Below are positions 9,500 to 19,483 of a stretch of DNA of 64,000 nt, piece by piece. The notes beneath the pieces are model-generated. The model made no database searches and had not been told where the DNA came from. It saw only the letters and a list, made by a program, of their open reading frames with translations. Position numbers and translations under genes: made by a program. The stretch is from Candidatus Bathyarchaeota archaeon (GTDB lineage Archaea > Thermoproteota > Bathyarchaeia > Bathyarchaeales > Bathycorpusculaceae): the NCBI GenBank assembly GCA_963832745.1, contig CAWHVC010000005.1, positions 352,001-416,000 of the forward strand, read 5' to 3'. The stretch's first letter is position 1. The number at the start of each line of letters is the position of its first letter.

Positions 9500-10796
9500 T
9501 TTTCCCCGCTTTGTCAAAAAGTTTAATGGCGATATCAATTACTTGCTTATCATCATTACTGGCTGCCGCACGTAAGTTTTCGATAATTGGCAGAAAGGTT
9601 TGTTTAAGCAAAACGCTTGTTAAGTCATCAATGACTTTACGTTGTTTATCATCAATATTACCTAACATGTTGATGGCTTTGTTTAACTCTGTTTGTCGTA
9701 TCTGCTCTGCATTGGATAGAAGCTCTGAAATGATAAGCCGTACTGAGAGTTTTTTCATGTCATCATCAAGGATAACTAATTCATCGTCAATCATGTGAAT
9801 TGCTGTTTCAACACATTTCTGGCGTTCCGCCAAGTTTTTTTCAGCGATAAGTTGCAAATCATCAATATTGTAAAGCCTTACTTTGGGAATTTCCTGAATA
9901 GTTTTTTCAACATTACGTGGATTTGAAATGTCAATAATAACTAAATCATTTTGATTTACACGTTGACTCATGAGTTTAGAAACATTCTCTTTAGTTAACA
10001 AATAATGTGGTGCAGAAGTAGAGCAGATAACAACGTCGGCATCAACAAGCACCTCTTCAAACTGGTCAAATTTTACCGCTTTACCAGATAAATCCTCAGC
10101 CAAGGATACCGCCCGAGCATACGTACGGTTAGCAATAAAAATTGGGCTCAAACAACGCCTAGCCAAAGCCTTCGCAACTAAGGTGCCCATTTCACCGGCA
10201 CCCATAACAAGAATCCTTTTTTCCTCCAAATTACCCAGAAGGGTCGCTGCTAACTCTACTGCTGCTGAACCCACCGAAACTGCGCCTTTGTTAATGCCTG
10301 TTACGTCTCTGATGCGCCGTCCAACAGTCATAGCACGGTTAAACAGGTGCTTAATAATTGGACCAGATGTTTTGGCTTTTTCAGCTTCTAAGTAAGCATC
10401 CCAGACCTGGTTTAGAATTTGCTCTTCACCAATAACCATTGATTCAAGCCCTGAAGTTATCTTCATCATGTGCTTATGTGCTTCATGATCAATTGAAGTT
10501 TCAATTGCTTCAAAAGCCTCTTGATAATGAGGCAATGAACGTTGCGCTAAATACTTTTTTGCAGCATCAAGCGTTTTTTCGCCTTCTTCACTTACAAGAA
10601 ACAGTTCAATACGGTTACATGTTTGAAGAATCAAACATTCCTCAACATTTTCCATTGACCGCAACTCAGCTAACGCTTCAGGTTTATCTTTAAACACTAC
10701 GGCTTCCATCAATGGAACCCGAGCGGTCTTATGCGTTATACGCACGTTGACGACGTGGTCAGTCTTCGCAGGGGAATGCATGGTTGGATAAACCAT
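9471..10796 (-). CDS. hemA: glutamyl-tRNA reductase
   Basis: QTCNRIE, GLESMVIGEEQILNQV, GAGEMG, DISNPRNVE. Confidence 0.97.
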   Translation of the reverse strand: MVYPTMHSPAKTDHVVNVRITHKTARVPLMEAVVFKDKPEALAELRSMENVEECLILQTCNRIELFLVSEEGEKTLDAAKKYLAQRSLPHYQEAFEAIETSIDHEAHKHMMKITSGLESMVIGEEQILNQVWDAYLEAEKAKTSGPIIKHLFNRAMTVGRRIRDVTGINKGAVSVGSAAVELAATLLGNLEEKRILVMGAGEMGTLVAKALARRCLSPIFIANRTYARAVSLAEDLSGKAVKFDQFEEVLVDADVVICSTSAPHYLLTKENVSKLMSQRVNQNDLVIIDISNPRNVEKTIQEIPKVRLYNIDDLQLIAEKNLAERQKCVETAIHMIDDELVILDDDMKKLSVRLIISELLSNAEQIRQTELNKAINMLGNIDDKQRKVIDDLTSVLLKQTFLPIIENLRAAASNDDKQVIDIAIKLFDKAGKNGFDIKNVR

Positions 10797-10845
10797 GCGG
10801 CTTTAAATATAAGCTTTCCGTAAATTAACGCTGGGGAACTTTTGG

Positions 10846-12384
10846 ATGCAATTTCGACACAGAATAGGTTTAGCTTATCTTCCCGGCGCTTTGCCGTGCT
10901 TTGAAGACTTCGGAAATCTTCCAACTGACCTGGTGCGTGAAGATGGATTAGTAGACGGAAAACCCGCCAGCGATGTTTTAGACATGCTTATCATTCCCGG
11001 AGGAAGCCTCGTTGAATCCCAAAGCGTAAACCCGGCTGTTTCACGGGAAATCCTTAAAATGGCTAAAGCAGGCAAGTTTCTTCTTGGCATCTGTTCAGGT
11101 TTTCAGGTGCTTGCAAAACAAACTGATGTTGGACGCCTATCAACTGTGCCGATTATCCGTGAAGGCTTAGGCTTAATTGATGCCGAGTTTAAACCGCTCA
11201 TTTGCACTGACCAAGTGAAAGCCCAGATTGTTGATAAAAGCTTCATAACTGACGAGGTGGGCGGGGAAGTTTCAGGTTTTCATTGTCATACTTACGGCAA
11301 AGTAGAACTGCACAACGACGCAAAACCCATACTTGTTTCCCACATTCAGCATGCAAATTACCACAAAGCTCCTCAGGACCTTATTTCGGGTATCGCCAAC
11401 AAGGAGGGCAACATCGTCGGAGTTTTTGTGCATGCACTGCTTGACCAAAACCCCCTAATTATTGAAGGCATAACAAAATCGCTTGATATTAACCAGTTAG
11501 AACTTCAGGAGATCCGTAAAGTCAATGCGAAACTGGTATCAGAAATCAAATGCGAAATAGGAATCAATACAAAAATCCATCCTGTAAAAGCCGCTAAAAA
11601 ATCTTCGGTGATGGTGCTAGTCACAGCTTTAGGCAGTGGTTCGGGAAAGACTTTTCTTGTGACAGGTATGGCTGGTGCTTTGAAAAAGAAAGGTTACAAT
11701 GTGGGTTTAATCAAGCTTGGTGGTGACATCCGTGATTCTGTGCCAGCGCTTTATCTGGTTAAGGAACCGATTAAAAGTTATTCTTCTATTCAAATAAGTG
11801 AAAGCGGCTGGACACCCCTTCAAGAAGCAATAGAGCAAGCGTCTAAAGTGTATGATTTTCTGTTTGTCGAGGGTGCCATGAGTGCGTTTACAGGTTTATT
11901 GAATAGCAAAATTAAGCGTCCAGCTTCAACTTTGGAAGTTGCAGCTTCACTAGGTGCACCAATCATCGTTGTGGTTACATGCGATAAGGAAGGTATTGAA
12001 GGCGGCTTAGTTAACGTTTTAAATTATGTTAATGTGCTAAAAATTTTAGGTGCTAACCCAACAGGTGTTATTCTTAACAAGATGAGCACAAGTTACCTCA
12101 CTGAAGAAGATAAACAAACCATAAAACAGGCGCTTGAAAACGTGGGCGTCACACTTATCGGTGTTGTGCCAAGCATGAAAATTGAAAAACGTGGGATGAT
12201 TCCTGAAATCGAAATCTGCTATGACGAGTTTGGAGCTCAAGCAATCGACGCAGCCGAACGCTACCTTAACCTTGATCAACTTGTTAAACTGGCAAAAGCC
12301 CCCGAACAAAACAATGTCGATTACACGGCGTTTGTTGAGAAATTCAAAAAACTCTTAACTAACTACCCCTGTAAGCTTTCTTAA
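10846..12384 (+). CDS. CobB/CobQ-related corrin amidotransferase with N-terminal GATase and C-terminal P-loop (CbiA-like) domain
   Basis: IIPGGS, GICSGFQ (catalytic Cys), GSGSGKT Walker A, VEGAM, GVILNK; sits in the tetrapyrrole cluster. Confidence 0.75.
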   Translation: MQFRHRIGLAYLPGALPCFEDFGNLPTDLVREDGLVDGKPASDVLDMLIIPGGSLVESQSVNPAVSREILKMAKAGKFLLGICSGFQVLAKQTDVGRLSTVPIIREGLGLIDAEFKPLICTDQVKAQIVDKSFITDEVGGEVSGFHCHTYGKVELHNDAKPILVSHIQHANYHKAPQDLISGIANKEGNIVGVFVHALLDQNPLIIEGITKSLDINQLELQEIRKVNAKLVSEIKCEIGINTKIHPVKAAKKSSVMVLVTALGSGSGKTFLVTGMAGALKKKGYNVGLIKLGGDIRDSVPALYLVKEPIKSYSSIQISESGWTPLQEAIEQASKVYDFLFVEGAMSAFTGLLNSKIKRPASTLEVAASLGAPIIVVVTCDKEGIEGGLVNVLNYVNVLKILGANPTGVILNKMSTSYLTEEDKQTIKQALENVGVTLIGVVPSMKIEKRGMIPEIEICYDEFGAQAIDAAERYLNLDQLVKLAKAPEQNNVDYTAFVEKFKKLLTNYPCKLS

Positions 12385-12399
12385 GAGGGCAAAGCAAGA

Positions 12400-13059
12400 T
12401 TGCTGTTGGATTTTAAGTTAGACGGAAAAGTTGTGGTTGTAGTTGGCGGTGGCCTTGAAGGTTATCGGAAAATCCACAATTTTGTTGACGGCAACGCAGA
12501 AATAACAGTTGTTAGCAGCGATTTTTCTGAAGGCATAAAATCCTATGCAGAACAGGGAAAAGTCCTGTTACATAGAGCTCAAATCACGGATGCTCAGAAT
12601 TTTATTGACCAATTAAACCCAAAACCTGCAATAATATTGGCAGTAACGAACAATTCCGAGTTAAATGCTCAACTGGTAAAAGCAGCTAAAACAGCAGGGT
12701 GCTTAGTGTACTGCGTTACTGATTCTGCCTTGAGCGATTTTACTTTGCCCGCCATCTCACGAATTGGTGATGTTAAGGTGGCTGTTTCCACAAGCGGCAA
12801 AAGCCCCGCGATGGCTCGGGAACTGCGGCGTAGAATCGAAAAACTTGTTACACCTGAAGACTTGTTAGCGATTGAATTGCAGACGTACCTGCGTAAACTG
12901 CTTAAGAACAGCGTTGCTGATCAGCGGATGCGTAGCAGATTTTTAAACGAGATGCTTAATAACGTTGAAATAAAACAAGCATTAAGCGACAATAAACTCA
13001 ATGTGGCTAAAGAGTTAGCCCTCAAAATTATAAAAAATAAAGAGGCTCTAAAGACATGA
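12400..13059 (+). CDS. sirC: precorrin-2 dehydrogenase / sirohydrochlorin ferrochelatase (SirC/Met8p-like)
   Basis: VVVGGG, DFTLPA, VAVSTSGKSPAMAR. Confidence 0.9.
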   Translation: MLLDFKLDGKVVVVVGGGLEGYRKIHNFVDGNAEITVVSSDFSEGIKSYAEQGKVLLHRAQITDAQNFIDQLNPKPAIILAVTNNSELNAQLVKAAKTAGCLVYCVTDSALSDFTLPAISRIGDVKVAVSTSGKSPAMARELRRRIEKLVTPEDLLAIELQTYLRKLLKNSVADQRMRSRFLNEMLNNVEIKQALSDNKLNVAKELALKIIKNKEALKT

Positions 13060-14036
13060 GTTTTCCAACTGTACGAATGAGAAGACTCCGCAGAACCGAA
13101 GCACTGCGGTCAATGCTAAACCAAATCCAAATCCAACCAAGCAACCTAATCTACCCACTCTTCGTTGACGAAACAATCACAAAACCTGCACCAGTAAACG
13201 CTATGCCAGGCTACTTCCGTTACCCACTCGACCAAGTCATCGAGGAAGCCAAATCCGCGCTTGAACAGGGCGTAAAAAGCGTGCTTTTATTCGGCATTCC
13301 CGCCAAAAAAGATGCAGTAGGCTCAGGAGCTTACGCAAAAGACGGCATTGTGCAGAAAGCCGCAGCCAAACTCAAAGCCCAATTCAAAAATGACCTCATC
13401 ATAATAGGCGACGTTTGCCTATGCGAATATACAAGTCACGGTCACTGTGGAATAATTAAAGATGATGAAGTTCAAAACGATGAAACTCTTGAGTTGCTGG
13501 GTAAAACCGCCGTTAGTCAGGCTGAAGCAGGTGTTGACATTGTTGCGCCTTCAGCTATGATGGATGGGCAAGTTTGTGCAATTCGTGAAGCCTTGGATGA
13601 CGCAGGTTATTATCAAATTCCTATTTTGGCGTACGCGGCAAAGTTTGTTTCAGCTTTTTATGGTCCGTTCCGTGACGCAGCAGAGTCCACTCCTCAGTTT
13701 GGTAACCGTGGAAGTTACCAAATGAGTCAAGGCAACATCCAAGAAGCAATGCGTGAGATTGAACTTGACATTAACGAGGGCGCTGACATGATAATGGTTA
13801 AACCCGCGCTTGCATACTTGGACATTATCAGCCTTGCAAAAGCCAATTTTGACGTTCCAATCGTCGCCTACAATGTAAGCGGTGAATATTCAATGGTTAA
13901 AGCAGCCGCAATGAACGGTTGGATAGATGAAAAAGCCGTTACACGCGAAATCTTAACCGGCATCAAACGTGCAGGCGCCGACTTAATCATAACTTATCAT
14001 GCTAAAGACCTAAAATCGTGGTTGAATCAGCCTTGA
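13056..14036 (+). CDS. hemB: porphobilinogen synthase
   Basis: DVCLCEYTSHGHCG Zn site, FYGPFRDAA, MVKPAL, AYNVSGEYSM. Confidence 0.98.
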   Translation: MSFPTVRMRRLRRTEALRSMLNQIQIQPSNLIYPLFVDETITKPAPVNAMPGYFRYPLDQVIEEAKSALEQGVKSVLLFGIPAKKDAVGSGAYAKDGIVQKAAAKLKAQFKNDLIIIGDVCLCEYTSHGHCGIIKDDEVQNDETLELLGKTAVSQAEAGVDIVAPSAMMDGQVCAIREALDDAGYYQIPILAYAAKFVSAFYGPFRDAAESTPQFGNRGSYQMSQGNIQEAMREIELDINEGADMIMVKPALAYLDIISLAKANFDVPIVAYNVSGEYSMVKAAAMNGWIDEKAVTREILTGIKRAGADLIITYHAKDLKSWLNQP

Positions 14037-15331
14037 AAGAAACCAAAACTAAATCTCAAGAACTCTTTGAAAGAGCCAAAAAAATCTTGCCCGGCGGCGT
14101 CAACAGCCCCGTCCGCGCATTTGAGCCTTACCCCTTCTTTGTTGAATCCGCTCAAGGCTCCAAAATGTATGATGTTGACGGTAAAGCCTACATTGATTAC
14201 TGTAACGCTTATGGCGCCATGCTTTTCGGTCACGCTTACCAAGAAGTCATGGAAGCCGTTAAGGCTCAACTTACAAAAGGCACATTGTACGGTGCCCCAA
14301 CCGAGCGGGAAGTCGAATTTGCCGAACTTATTCAGAAAGCATCTCCATGCATGGAAATGATGCGGTTAGTCAACAGCGGCACAGAAGCCACAATGCACGC
14401 TATCCGAGCAGCAAGAGGCTTTACTGGACGCAAAAAAATCGTCAAATTTGAAGGCTGCTTCCATGGTTCACACGACAATGTGCTTGTCAAGGCGGGTTCA
14501 GGCGCTGCAACTTTTGGTACACCAAACTCGCTGGGTATCCCTGAGGAGACAACACAAAACACGATTGTTCTGCCCTATAATGATGTTATAGCGGTAGAGG
14601 AAGTGTTTAAGCGTGAAGGAAACGACATAGCCGCAGTAATAGTTGAGCCCGTCTTAGCAAACGTTGGCTTAATTTTACCTAAAAATGATTATTTGGTTAA
14701 CCTGCGCAAGTTGACAAGCCAATACGGCGTCGTGCTGATTTTTGACGAAATCATTACCGGTTTCCGTCTCGCTTTGGGTGGCGCTCAAGAATACTTCAAC
14801 GTTAAACCCGATATGGCAACACTTGGCAAAGTGCTCGGCGGTGGTTTCCCTGTGGCAGCGTTTGGCGGCAAAAAAGAAATAATGCAAAACATCAGTCCCG
14901 TCGGCAAAGTGTATCAAGCAGGAACTTTCAGTGGCAATCCTGTATCGGCAACAGCAGGCTACACAGTGCTTAACATTTTAAGCCAAAAAAAGAACGAAAT
15001 CTACCCCCATCTCGCAAAGAATGCTCAAGAACTAAGCAAAGCCCTCTTTGACCTCTCAAAGAATTACAAGTTGCCAGTTCAAATCTACAACATTGCCTCC
15101 TTATACCAAATCTTTTTCACAAACAAATCAGTCACCGATTACACTTGCGCTAAATCTTCAAACATAAAAATGTTCAACGCCTACTTCCAAGAACTTCTAA
15201 AACAGGGCGTGTTCATTCCACCTTCACAGTTCGAAACATGCTTTGTCTCGGTGGCACATTCGCCTGAAGACTTACAGTGCACTATTGAAGCTTTTGATAA
15301 AGCATTGGCGGCAGCATCAAAGGAGCAATAA
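14018..15331 (+). CDS. hemL: glutamate-1-semialdehyde 2,1-aminomutase
   Basis: PGGVNSPVRAF, VNSGTEATM, FDEIITGFR, LGKVLGGG, YQAGTFSGNP. Confidence 0.98.
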   Translation: MVESALKETKTKSQELFERAKKILPGGVNSPVRAFEPYPFFVESAQGSKMYDVDGKAYIDYCNAYGAMLFGHAYQEVMEAVKAQLTKGTLYGAPTEREVEFAELIQKASPCMEMMRLVNSGTEATMHAIRAARGFTGRKKIVKFEGCFHGSHDNVLVKAGSGAATFGTPNSLGIPEETTQNTIVLPYNDVIAVEEVFKREGNDIAAVIVEPVLANVGLILPKNDYLVNLRKLTSQYGVVLIFDEIITGFRLALGGAQEYFNVKPDMATLGKVLGGGFPVAAFGGKKEIMQNISPVGKVYQAGTFSGNPVSATAGYTVLNILSQKKNEIYPHLAKNAQELSKALFDLSKNYKLPVQIYNIASLYQIFFTNKSVTDYTCAKSSNIKMFNAYFQELLKQGVFIPPSQFETCFVSVAHSPEDLQCTIEAFDKALAAASKEQ

Positions 15332-15337
15332 CGCGTT

Positions 15338-16273
15338 ATGATTTACCTTGTAGGCACAAGAGGCAGCAAACTCGCCTTAGCCCAAACAAACCGCACACTC
15401 GAACAAATCCGACAGAAACATCCTGATGTTGATTTTAAATTAAAAATAATTAAAACTGAAGGCGATAAAGAACACGGAAAACCACTGTTCAGCATTGACG
15501 CTAAAGGCATTTTTGAGCGAGAAATTGACCAAGAAGTTGTTGCTGGAGAAATCGATTTCGCGGTTCACAGCCTAAAAGATGTTCCCATTGTGGAGCAGCA
15601 AACAGGCACAGTTCTCGCGGCAATTCCAAAACGAGACTCGCCATGCGATGTCTTCATTTCCAAAAACGGTGTCAAGCTTGAAGATTTGCCTAAAGGCTCA
15701 GTTGTAGGAACAGGAAGCCTACGACGTTTAGCTGAAATAAAATACATTCGCCCCGACTTGGAAGTTGAACCCATACGCGGCAATGTTGACACAAGAATCG
15801 GCAAAGTTCAAAAAGGCGACCTAGCGGGCGTTGTAATTGCGGAGGCTGGGCTTGAACGGATGAACATAACCAACGAAATGACCCAGCGGTTATCTTTAGA
15901 CCTGTTCCCGTCAGCGGCTGGGCAAGGAACAATTGCGATTGTTGCCAAAGAAGGAAATACCCGTCTGATTGAGATTTTGCAGTCAGTAGAAGACAAGGCT
16001 ACCCGAGCAGAAATAACAGCAGAACGCAGTTTAGTATTGAAACTGGCAGGCGGCTGCCGTGTTCCAATTGGCGCTGTTGGTCAAGCAGTTGGTGACACAT
16101 TAACTGTTTATGGCGCAATTTATTCACTTAATGAAAGAAAGAAAATTTGTGCATCCGCAAAAGGCAAGCTTGCTGAGGCCGACGCGTTAGGACGTAAAGT
16201 AGGCGAAGACCTAATAGCGCAGGGTGCAGAAGACATCGAAAAGGAATGGCGTGAAAAGTATGGTGTATGGTAA
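15338..16273 (+). CDS. hemC: hydroxymethylbilane synthase
   Basis: GTRGSKLALAQ, AVHSLKD, GTGSLRR, IRGNVDTRI, GGCRVPIG. Confidence 0.97.
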   Translation: MIYLVGTRGSKLALAQTNRTLEQIRQKHPDVDFKLKIIKTEGDKEHGKPLFSIDAKGIFEREIDQEVVAGEIDFAVHSLKDVPIVEQQTGTVLAAIPKRDSPCDVFISKNGVKLEDLPKGSVVGTGSLRRLAEIKYIRPDLEVEPIRGNVDTRIGKVQKGDLAGVVIAEAGLERMNITNEMTQRLSLDLFPSAAGQGTIAIVAKEGNTRLIEILQSVEDKATRAEITAERSLVLKLAGGCRVPIGAVGQAVGDTLTVYGAIYSLNERKKICASAKGKLAEADALGRKVGEDLIAQGAEDIEKEWREKYGVW

Positions 16274-17018
16274 AGTTTACCTTGTCGGCGCAGGTCCCGG
16301 CGACCCCAAACTGTTAACTGTAAAAGCAGTTGAAACAATTCAGAAGGCAGACGTACTTATCTATGACCGTTTAGGCGTTAACGAAGAAGTACTCAACATG
16401 GCACCCGCAAAGGCCGAAAGAATTTTTGTAGGCAAACGCACAGGCATGCATGAAGTGCCGCAAGACCAAATCACCAACTTAATCGTTCAGAAAGCCAAAG
16501 AAGGCGGCACAGTTGTACGGCTAAAGGGTGGAGACCCATTCATTTTTGGCAGAGGCGGCGAAGAAGCCGAAGCCTTAGTTGCAGAAGGCATAAAGTTCGA
16601 AATTATTCCCGGCATCAGCAGTAGTGTTGCAGCGCCGATGTATGCGGGTATACCACTGACTCACCGTGACTACGCAGCTTCAGTCGCCATCATTACAGGT
16701 CACCGTGCAGGGGACTCAGAAAAACCTGTTGATTGGGTAAAAATCGCCAACGCTGTTGATACTATGGTTATTCTGATGGGTGTTGAATCGCTCGAAGGTA
16801 TCGTTTCAAAACTGCTCAAAGGCGGAATCAGTTCTGACCGGCCAGTAGCAATGGTTGAATCTGGAACGCTTCCGCAACAGCGTACACTAATTGCCACGTT
16901 AGGTACAGTCATAGCTAAAGCCAAAGAAAACGACCTCAAACCGCCATCAGTCATTCTTATCGGTGAAGTAGCAAAATTAGGTAGGACGCTTGCATGGTTC
17001 AAACAGCCAATTCCTTAA
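16260..17018 (+). CDS. cobA: uroporphyrinogen-III C-methyltransferase
   Basis: VYLVGAGPGDPKLLT, RLKGGDPFIFGRGGEE, GIPLTHR; ATG at 16260. Confidence 0.96.
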   Translation: MVYGKVYLVGAGPGDPKLLTVKAVETIQKADVLIYDRLGVNEEVLNMAPAKAERIFVGKRTGMHEVPQDQITNLIVQKAKEGGTVVRLKGGDPFIFGRGGEEAEALVAEGIKFEIIPGISSSVAAPMYAGIPLTHRDYAASVAIITGHRAGDSEKPVDWVKIANAVDTMVILMGVESLEGIVSKLLKGGISSDRPVAMVESGTLPQQRTLIATLGTVIAKAKENDLKPPSVILIGEVAKLGRTLAWFKQPIP

Positions 17019-17821
17019 AAGGCAAAACCATAGCCTTAACCCGACCTGCTGGTCAAGCAGAAGAAGCAGGCAAACTCATCCAAGCCAAAGGCGGTATTCC
17101 ATACTATATTCCTGCTATAGAAATCAAGCCACTTAGCAACCCTGAACCCGTAAAACATTTCATTAACGAATTGCAAGCCTGCAAAGTGGACTATGTTATT
17201 TTGATGAGTACCAACGGCGTCAAGTACCTTTTTGCGGTTGCTGAAAGCATAAGCCAAGCTGATGCGCTTAGATGTGGGCTTGCACGCTCATTTATTATTG
17301 GCGTTGGGCCTCGAACTGCACAGGAGCTTGAAGCTTACGGCGTACACGTTGATTTGGTTCCTGAAAAGTACAGTTCCGAAGGGCTGCTTGAAGTTTTAAA
17401 ACCCAAGGACATCAACGGAAAAGTCATTAGGATTCCGCGAACAACAAGTGCAACCCCCACCCTGAATGAGCAACTTACAGCATTGGGCGCTGAAGTTCAA
17501 GAAATTCATGTTTATGAATCCAGCTTGCCAGTTGATGAGACCTTGAAAACCAAATTTTTCGAGGACTTAACAGGCGGACGCATAGACGCGGTTCTTTTCG
17601 GCAGTGGGCTTAGTGCAAAAAACATTTTCAAAATGCTTACTGAAAAGGCGTCGATGGAGCATCTTAGAAAGCTGTTGGCGGAAAAAGTGACGATTGTTGC
17701 TATTGGTCCCACTACTGCACAAGCTTTAGACGAACTCGGCGTCAAAGTTGACGTAGTGCCAAAGGACTACCTGTTTGAAGAAGCCCTCTCAGCCCTTGCA
17801 GGGTATTGGGCAAAAAATTAA
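16994..17821 (+). CDS. hemD: uroporphyrinogen-III synthase
   Basis: ALTRP, STNGV, VGPRTA, AIGPTTA. Confidence 0.93.
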   Translation: MVQTANSLKGKTIALTRPAGQAEEAGKLIQAKGGIPYYIPAIEIKPLSNPEPVKHFINELQACKVDYVILMSTNGVKYLFAVAESISQADALRCGLARSFIIGVGPRTAQELEAYGVHVDLVPEKYSSEGLLEVLKPKDINGKVIRIPRTTSATPTLNEQLTALGAEVQEIHVYESSLPVDETLKTKFFEDLTGGRIDAVLFGSGLSAKNIFKMLTEKASMEHLRKLLAEKVTIVAIGPTTAQALDELGVKVDVVPKDYLFEEALSALAGYWAKN

Positions 17822-17826
17822 CTTTT

Positions 17827-18996
17827 TTACTCGTTTATTTCTATATCAACATAACGAAGAAGCGGTATCGCTAAAATCGCTATAACTGCTGACGCGATGA
17901 AACCTACCTCGAAGCCGAAACCACCAATTATTATGCCGCCAACCAACGCGCCAGCTACGTTTCCCATAGAAATGATTGATAATAGTTCTCCCTGCGTGGT
18001 TCCCTTACGGCCAGGCGGAGACTGAGCAATGGCAAAACACACTATCGGAAACCAAAGCAACGCGTAACATATGAGAAAGGCGATTTCAAGAATCAAAGGC
18101 AAAATAAAGACGACGCTGAATTGGTTAGCAATGAAAAAGGTTAATCCTGCCCAAACCAAGATGAGCAGGCCTCTGGCGCCAATCATAGTGGCAATCAATT
18201 TTTTTGAACTCATTTTAACCCGTGGAACCAACCGGTTAAACGCGTAAACTGTAGCAATGTTTTCTGCAACGTTTATGCCTATAATCATGCTAGATGATAA
18301 CCCGATTGCAGTCATCAACGGCACCTCACCAACGCCGTACGCGTAAACACCGGTCCAATGAATTAAGCAAATAAGAAACAGGATTTGGATCGGTTTTAGT
18401 TTTCTAAAGTTTCGTGGAATCCTGATTTTTCTTATGTCAAAATAGTCTCTAATGGAGTAGGCTTCCCGTTCAAGCGGCAACAAGGGTTCTTTAGCAGTTT
18501 TCCAAAGCATCACCACTGAAATCAGGCATAAACCCGCGGAAAGGTACAGTATCCAGCTTAATGGAATAATCAACGCAAGAATCGTGTTTAAAACGAGCCC
18601 AACTATGATTCCGACGTTTAAAAAAGAGTTAAATTTGACAACTTCTTGCCGCCAATTTTTTCCTTCCCTGTATTCAATCGCGTACATTGAGGCTATAGGT
18701 TGAATACCGCCGGTGAAAGCAGCGAGAGTCGTGTACAACACTGTTAGGGAGAGAACCGAGTTGGAAAAACCGAGTAGTATAAACATGGGTGCAGATAGCA
18801 AGAAAAGTAATAGCATGAACTTTTTTCGTAAACCAAAAAAATCTGAAATTCTGCCCCAAAAAAGTGAAAAAACAATTGTTGCCGCCGAATTTAACGCGAT
18901 TAGCAAACCGATTTCAAACAAGCCTGCCCCGCTGGCAAGTGCAATCAGTACAATAACAACTTTTATGGAGCCAATTGCCATGTTGATTGGTATCAA
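17827..18996 (-). CDS. MFS transporter
   Basis: About 12 hydrophobic helices, WGRISDFFGLRK motif A; frame is open upstream to a CTG at 19047. Confidence 0.88.
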   Translation of the reverse strand: MIPINMAIGSIKVVIVLIALASGAGLFEIGLLIALNSAATIVFSLFWGRISDFFGLRKKFMLLLFLLSAPMFILLGFSNSVLSLTVLYTTLAAFTGGIQPIASMYAIEYREGKNWRQEVVKFNSFLNVGIIVGLVLNTILALIIPLSWILYLSAGLCLISVVMLWKTAKEPLLPLEREAYSIRDYFDIRKIRIPRNFRKLKPIQILFLICLIHWTGVYAYGVGEVPLMTAIGLSSSMIIGINVAENIATVYAFNRLVPRVKMSSKKLIATMIGARGLLILVWAGLTFFIANQFSVVFILPLILEIAFLICYALLWFPIVCFAIAQSPPGRKGTTQGELLSIISMGNVAGALVGGIIIGGFGFEVGFIASAVIAILAIPLLRYVDIEINE

Positions 18997-19226
18997 CGAA
19001 TAATACCATGCAGAATCATCGATGACAGGTCTTTTTAAAAACTTCAGAAATAATCACGCACAAACAGCGTTTATGTTCTAATTACAGTATTGTTAAGCCT
19101 GTTAATTTCTTTTAGTGCCCTACGCAGTGTAGTAGTCTGTTTGTAGTCACTATGGTTTAAAAAACTGGCTAATCACAGAGGATAATGCGTAAACTGTTTC
19201 TATTTTTTGGTTAAGGCTTTTAGGAG

Positions 19227-19472
19227 GTGGACATTATCGCAGAGGACAAAAGTGGCAAAATAAAATTTACTTTTGAAGTAGATATAAACTCGCCAATGAT
19301 GCAGCTAATCAAAGAAGACGTTGAAATAATGACGGATTTGATGGCTCAAGGTATAGCGGCTGCAAGAAAACAGATGCAGCAACAAAGAAACATGCCAAAG
19401 GGCCCGATGGCTTGGGGGCACGGTGGCCACGGCGGAATGGGCTACATGCACCATGGAATGGGTTCAGAATAA
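19227..19472 (+). CDS. small hypothetical protein with His/Gly/Met-rich tail
   Basis: Strong GGAGGTG ribosome-binding site; tail GHGGHGGMGYMHHGM. Confidence 0.7.
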   Translation: MDIIAEDKSGKIKFTFEVDINSPMMQLIKEDVEIMTDLMAQGIAAARKQMQQQRNMPKGPMAWGHGGHGGMGYMHHGMGSE

Positions 19473-19483
19473 AGAAGTATAGG

